Source: an uncultured archaeon (GTDB lineage: Archaea > Thermoproteota > Bathyarchaeia > Bathyarchaeales > Bathycorpusculaceae). Taken from it: a DNA stretch of 64,000 bases. A program made the position numbers and the translations under genes. How positions within the stretch are numbered: the first letter of the stretch is position 1; each line of letters begins with the position of its first letter. The DNA is taken from NCBI GenBank assembly GCA_963810275.1, contig CAWENF010000026.1, positions 1 to 64,000 of the forward strand, read 5' to 3'. Below, in pieces: positions 61,454 to 64,000 of this stretch. The notes below the pieces were generated by a model. That model worked only from the letters and a program-made list of their open reading frames with translations. It had not been told where the DNA came from and searched no databases.

Positions 61454-62354
61454 TGGAAAATCTCACTTAGTGGAATCTTGTATTTGCCCAGTTTACCTTC
61501 ATAGTTGCCTGCCGATATACGCACGACACCGGGCACGGCTATTGAGGCTTCGATACCAGCTTTGGTAGCGGCTTTTAGTGCTTCGACAGAGACACCATCG
61601 TAAACGATCTCGGCAATGTAATTCACGCCCTCAGGCACCCAACTTTCCTTACCCAACTTGGCTTTGAGTGAGGGACAGAAGTGGTGATTGGTTGTGGGAC
61701 CGATTTCTGGAAACTTTGTTTCAGGTTTGCTGCCTGCCGAGCAAATGTCAAAAGTAGTTACGACACCCTCAACCTTGTGCATGGCATCCAATGCAGCTCT
61801 GCTAGCGGTTTTAAGCGATTCTTTGCTGGTACACATGAGCCAAAAGTTGCCGCCTGCCACACCCTTAGCATAACCGATGTAGTGCTCGATTACGAAGTCT
61901 GGAACCATCAAGGGAACAACGATAACTTCTCTTCCATTGCGCTGCTCTACCCATTCGTAGCCGTCGCCGCAGTGACCCACGCGGGGCATCATGTCCAGCT
62001 TGCCCTCTGCGTTGGTAGGGCATCGTAGATGGCGGTGAAGGGTTTGACGAGGATGTCTTGGCGGATGCGGTAGCTGAGTTCCTTCTCGAATTTTTCAAGG
62101 GATTGCTGGAAGGTTTTTTTTGGATCAATTTGCCCCCAGAACTGCAAAATCGCACCGACGCGGTGGTCTGGTGTGTCTTCTTCGCTGAGGTAGCGTTCGA
62201 CGCCGCCCTCAGTCCTACCAATGACGGTGGCAGGGGTGGCAGTTGAGTCCGACGCAGCTTTGCATAGTGTCTCCACATCGTCTGCTGTCACTATTATTCG
62301 GCAGTAAATGCCTTCGAAAGCTTCAATGTAAGTATCATCAATTTTTTTGTCCAT
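61450..62354 (-). CDS. Formylmethanofuran:H4MPT formyltransferase paralog (EhaS-like), frameshift near 62010
   Basis: [49 protein letters not shown]; ORFs 61989..62354 and 61450..61992 join with one missing base. Confidence 0.88.
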
Positions 62355-63435
62355 TTATCCCAGTCTCCCTATGCTTACTCCACGAACTCGTCTTTCGGTA
62401 GTCGCTTGAGTCTTTAGTAATCGAATCCATGTTTTTGGATGTTACTATTTGAACTTTCGACAACCCATCTGCTGTTACCTTTTGGAATTGTCGCAGTAAA
62501 TCTTCGTCCACACCACTCTGCTGCAAGGCTTCTGGGCTCCAGTTCGCGACCAAACTTAGGGCTTCGACTTTACCCTGCTTGCAGAAAACGTCAGCAAGGA
62601 CTGCAGTCACCAAGTTACTTTCAGATTGAACAGCGATTTCGGCGTTTTTGACGGCATAGCTGTTGCCGTTAAACGACACCGACAAACCCCCGCCCTCAAG
62701 AACCAAACGGAAGGCTTCGACATCGGTTATGCTGTCACCCACATACATGACATCTTTGAGGTCACAATTGTGGCGTTTAGCTGCGTCTCGGATGGATTCG
62801 GCTTTCTGCTCACCTCCAACGGTGACTATGTTTAAGAATTTGCCCACAGACATCTTTGGCAAGATTTCCCAAAAGATTTCGTCAAACCGCTGCAAAATCT
62901 CTTGGTCACGATCACAGAAATCCTCTGCCGAAGCTGCGCCCTGTGGGATGTCTATTAGGCGGGTTTGGGCAATTTCCTGTACGATTTCCCTGAGTTGTTC
63001 GCGCTCTTTGGGGGTGATTGGGATTTTGTCCAGCGACACTTTGGTGCAGTACGTGTTTTGGTAGGGAAAACCTACTGCTTTGCAAAGGGCGCTAATATAG
63101 TGCTCGTAGCTTGTGGAAACTATGTATGGGTCAGAGATGCCCAAGACGTGCTGGAGCATGGTTTGGCTACCGGCTATTAAGAGGATGTTCTGCGCCGAGA
63201 AATCCTCCATCATCTGGTCGGTGACTCCGTAGGCTTTGAAAAAGGGCAAAATCAGCTTAAGAGTGCTGCCAGCCGTGTATCCGGACTTATAAAATACGTC
63301 GGCTAAAACATCGTCGTACTTGCTGATATTAGCGAAAAAACTATCTCCCTTTGGGATGAAGTGTTCTGCCAGTTCGTAGGCGTTATCGTTTTTGCTTATG
63401 GGTCCTTCGCAGTCGGAGACGAAGAGGCGCTTCAC
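62355..63435 (-). CDS. HAD-superfamily protein (EhaR-like), frameshift near the C-terminus
   Basis: FVSDCEGPISKNDNAYEL, VSTSY, K, YVGDSITD, SFNGN; GTG overlaps the purD stop; removing one base near 62388 gives RKTVRGVSIGRLG* abutting the ftr ATG. Confidence 0.8.
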
Positions 63436-64000
63436 TTCTGCCGCCTCAACTGCTCCATGTGTCGTATGCTGTTTGCGATGTGGTTTTGGTCTGCGATGTC
63501 GGTGCGATTCCAAAGTGCACCGCCTGTGATAGCTTTGGCGCCTTCCTGGCTGATAATTTGGGCTTCCTCGATGCTGTCACCGATTCCTAGAATGCCAATG
63601 GCTCTGGATTTAAGGGCGTAGTTTTTGCCGTCGCGTACCTCCATGGAGCCGGGGTAGATGCGGATTTTGTCTCCGTATTTTGCGGTTAGGGCTTCGGCTT
63701 TAATAAGGTCAACTGCTCCGCCAACTGCTGCTTTGTCGAGTTTGTCTGGGAATGCTTCGGAGTAGCCTCCATAGCCGGGCGGAACCTTGTAGGTCAATAC
63801 CGTGGCGGATTTCTCAACTGCCACAGAAGTGAGTGTACCGTCTACCATGCGCAGGCAGAGATCAGCAAAGTCGTCTTTTAGCACGGGCAGCACATTCATG
63901 ATTTCGGGGTCACCAGGGCGGCTGTTAATTTCCAAAATCTTAATTCCTTTACCCGTATGCATAAACGCAAGGTACAATGGGACTCCTCTGAGCGCCGTGT
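63432..64000 (-). CDS. purD: Phosphoribosylamine-glycine ligase, C-terminal part (5' end beyond window)
   Basis: LEINSRPGDPE (compare E.N.RFGDPE), SRA, RTDIA motifs; pur context. Confidence 0.88.
   Translation of the reverse strand, partial: TALRGVPLYLAFMHTGKGIKILEINSRPGDPEIMNVLPVLKDDFADLCLRMVDGTLTSVAVEKSATVLTYKVPPGYGGYSEAFPDKLDKAAVGGAVDLIKAEALTAKYGDKIRIYPGSMEVRDGKNYALKSRAIGILGIGDSIEEAQIISQEGAKAITGGALWNRTDIADQNHIANSIRHMEQLRRQK

Noticed and set aside
60542-63435. Reading the EhaR/S/T-like genes as evidence of an Eha hydrogenase
   Set aside because: No NiFe hydrogenase, membrane or polyferredoxin subunits nearby; the genes are coupled to purD instead
143-63621. Numerous antisense and alternate-frame ORFs in the supplied track (e.g. 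27172..27828, 34243..34818)
   Set aside because: Shadows of well-supported genes on the other strand or frame
1-64000. CRISPR array, rRNA, intact transposase or integrase
   Set aside because: No regularly spaced repeats, rRNA-like stretch or recognisable recombinase motifs were seen by eye

Overview
Archaeal chromosomal window. TFE, aTrm56, CTP-dependent RibK, an Ftr homolog, GGAGGTGA ribosome-binding sites and the protein families present point to a TACK archaeon, probably Bathyarchaeia (my inference). It holds housekeeping blocks (hflX-trm56-tfe; hisG-D-C-B-H-A-F-I; purD...purM, purS-L-Q), two tRNAs (Val-TAC and initiator Met) and a ~21 kb stretch dense in redox/oxygen-defence and metal genes. 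It also has a tandem array of KGG/GsiB/LEA-type stress hydrophilin genes with a DUF2795-like gene lacking a canonical start, a frameshifted ribophorin-I-like membrane protein, several small ORFs below the ORF-track cutoff, and decayed accessory remnants. The top observation is a tightly coupled purD - HAD (EhaR-like) - Ftr paralog (EhaS-like) - PfkB kinase (EhaT-like) operon sitting where purN/purT would be expected, a candidate folate-independent GAR formylation system. About ten single-base frameshifts in otherwise intact genes look like read-consensus errors. All product calls come from motif recognition by eye; no database searches were run.
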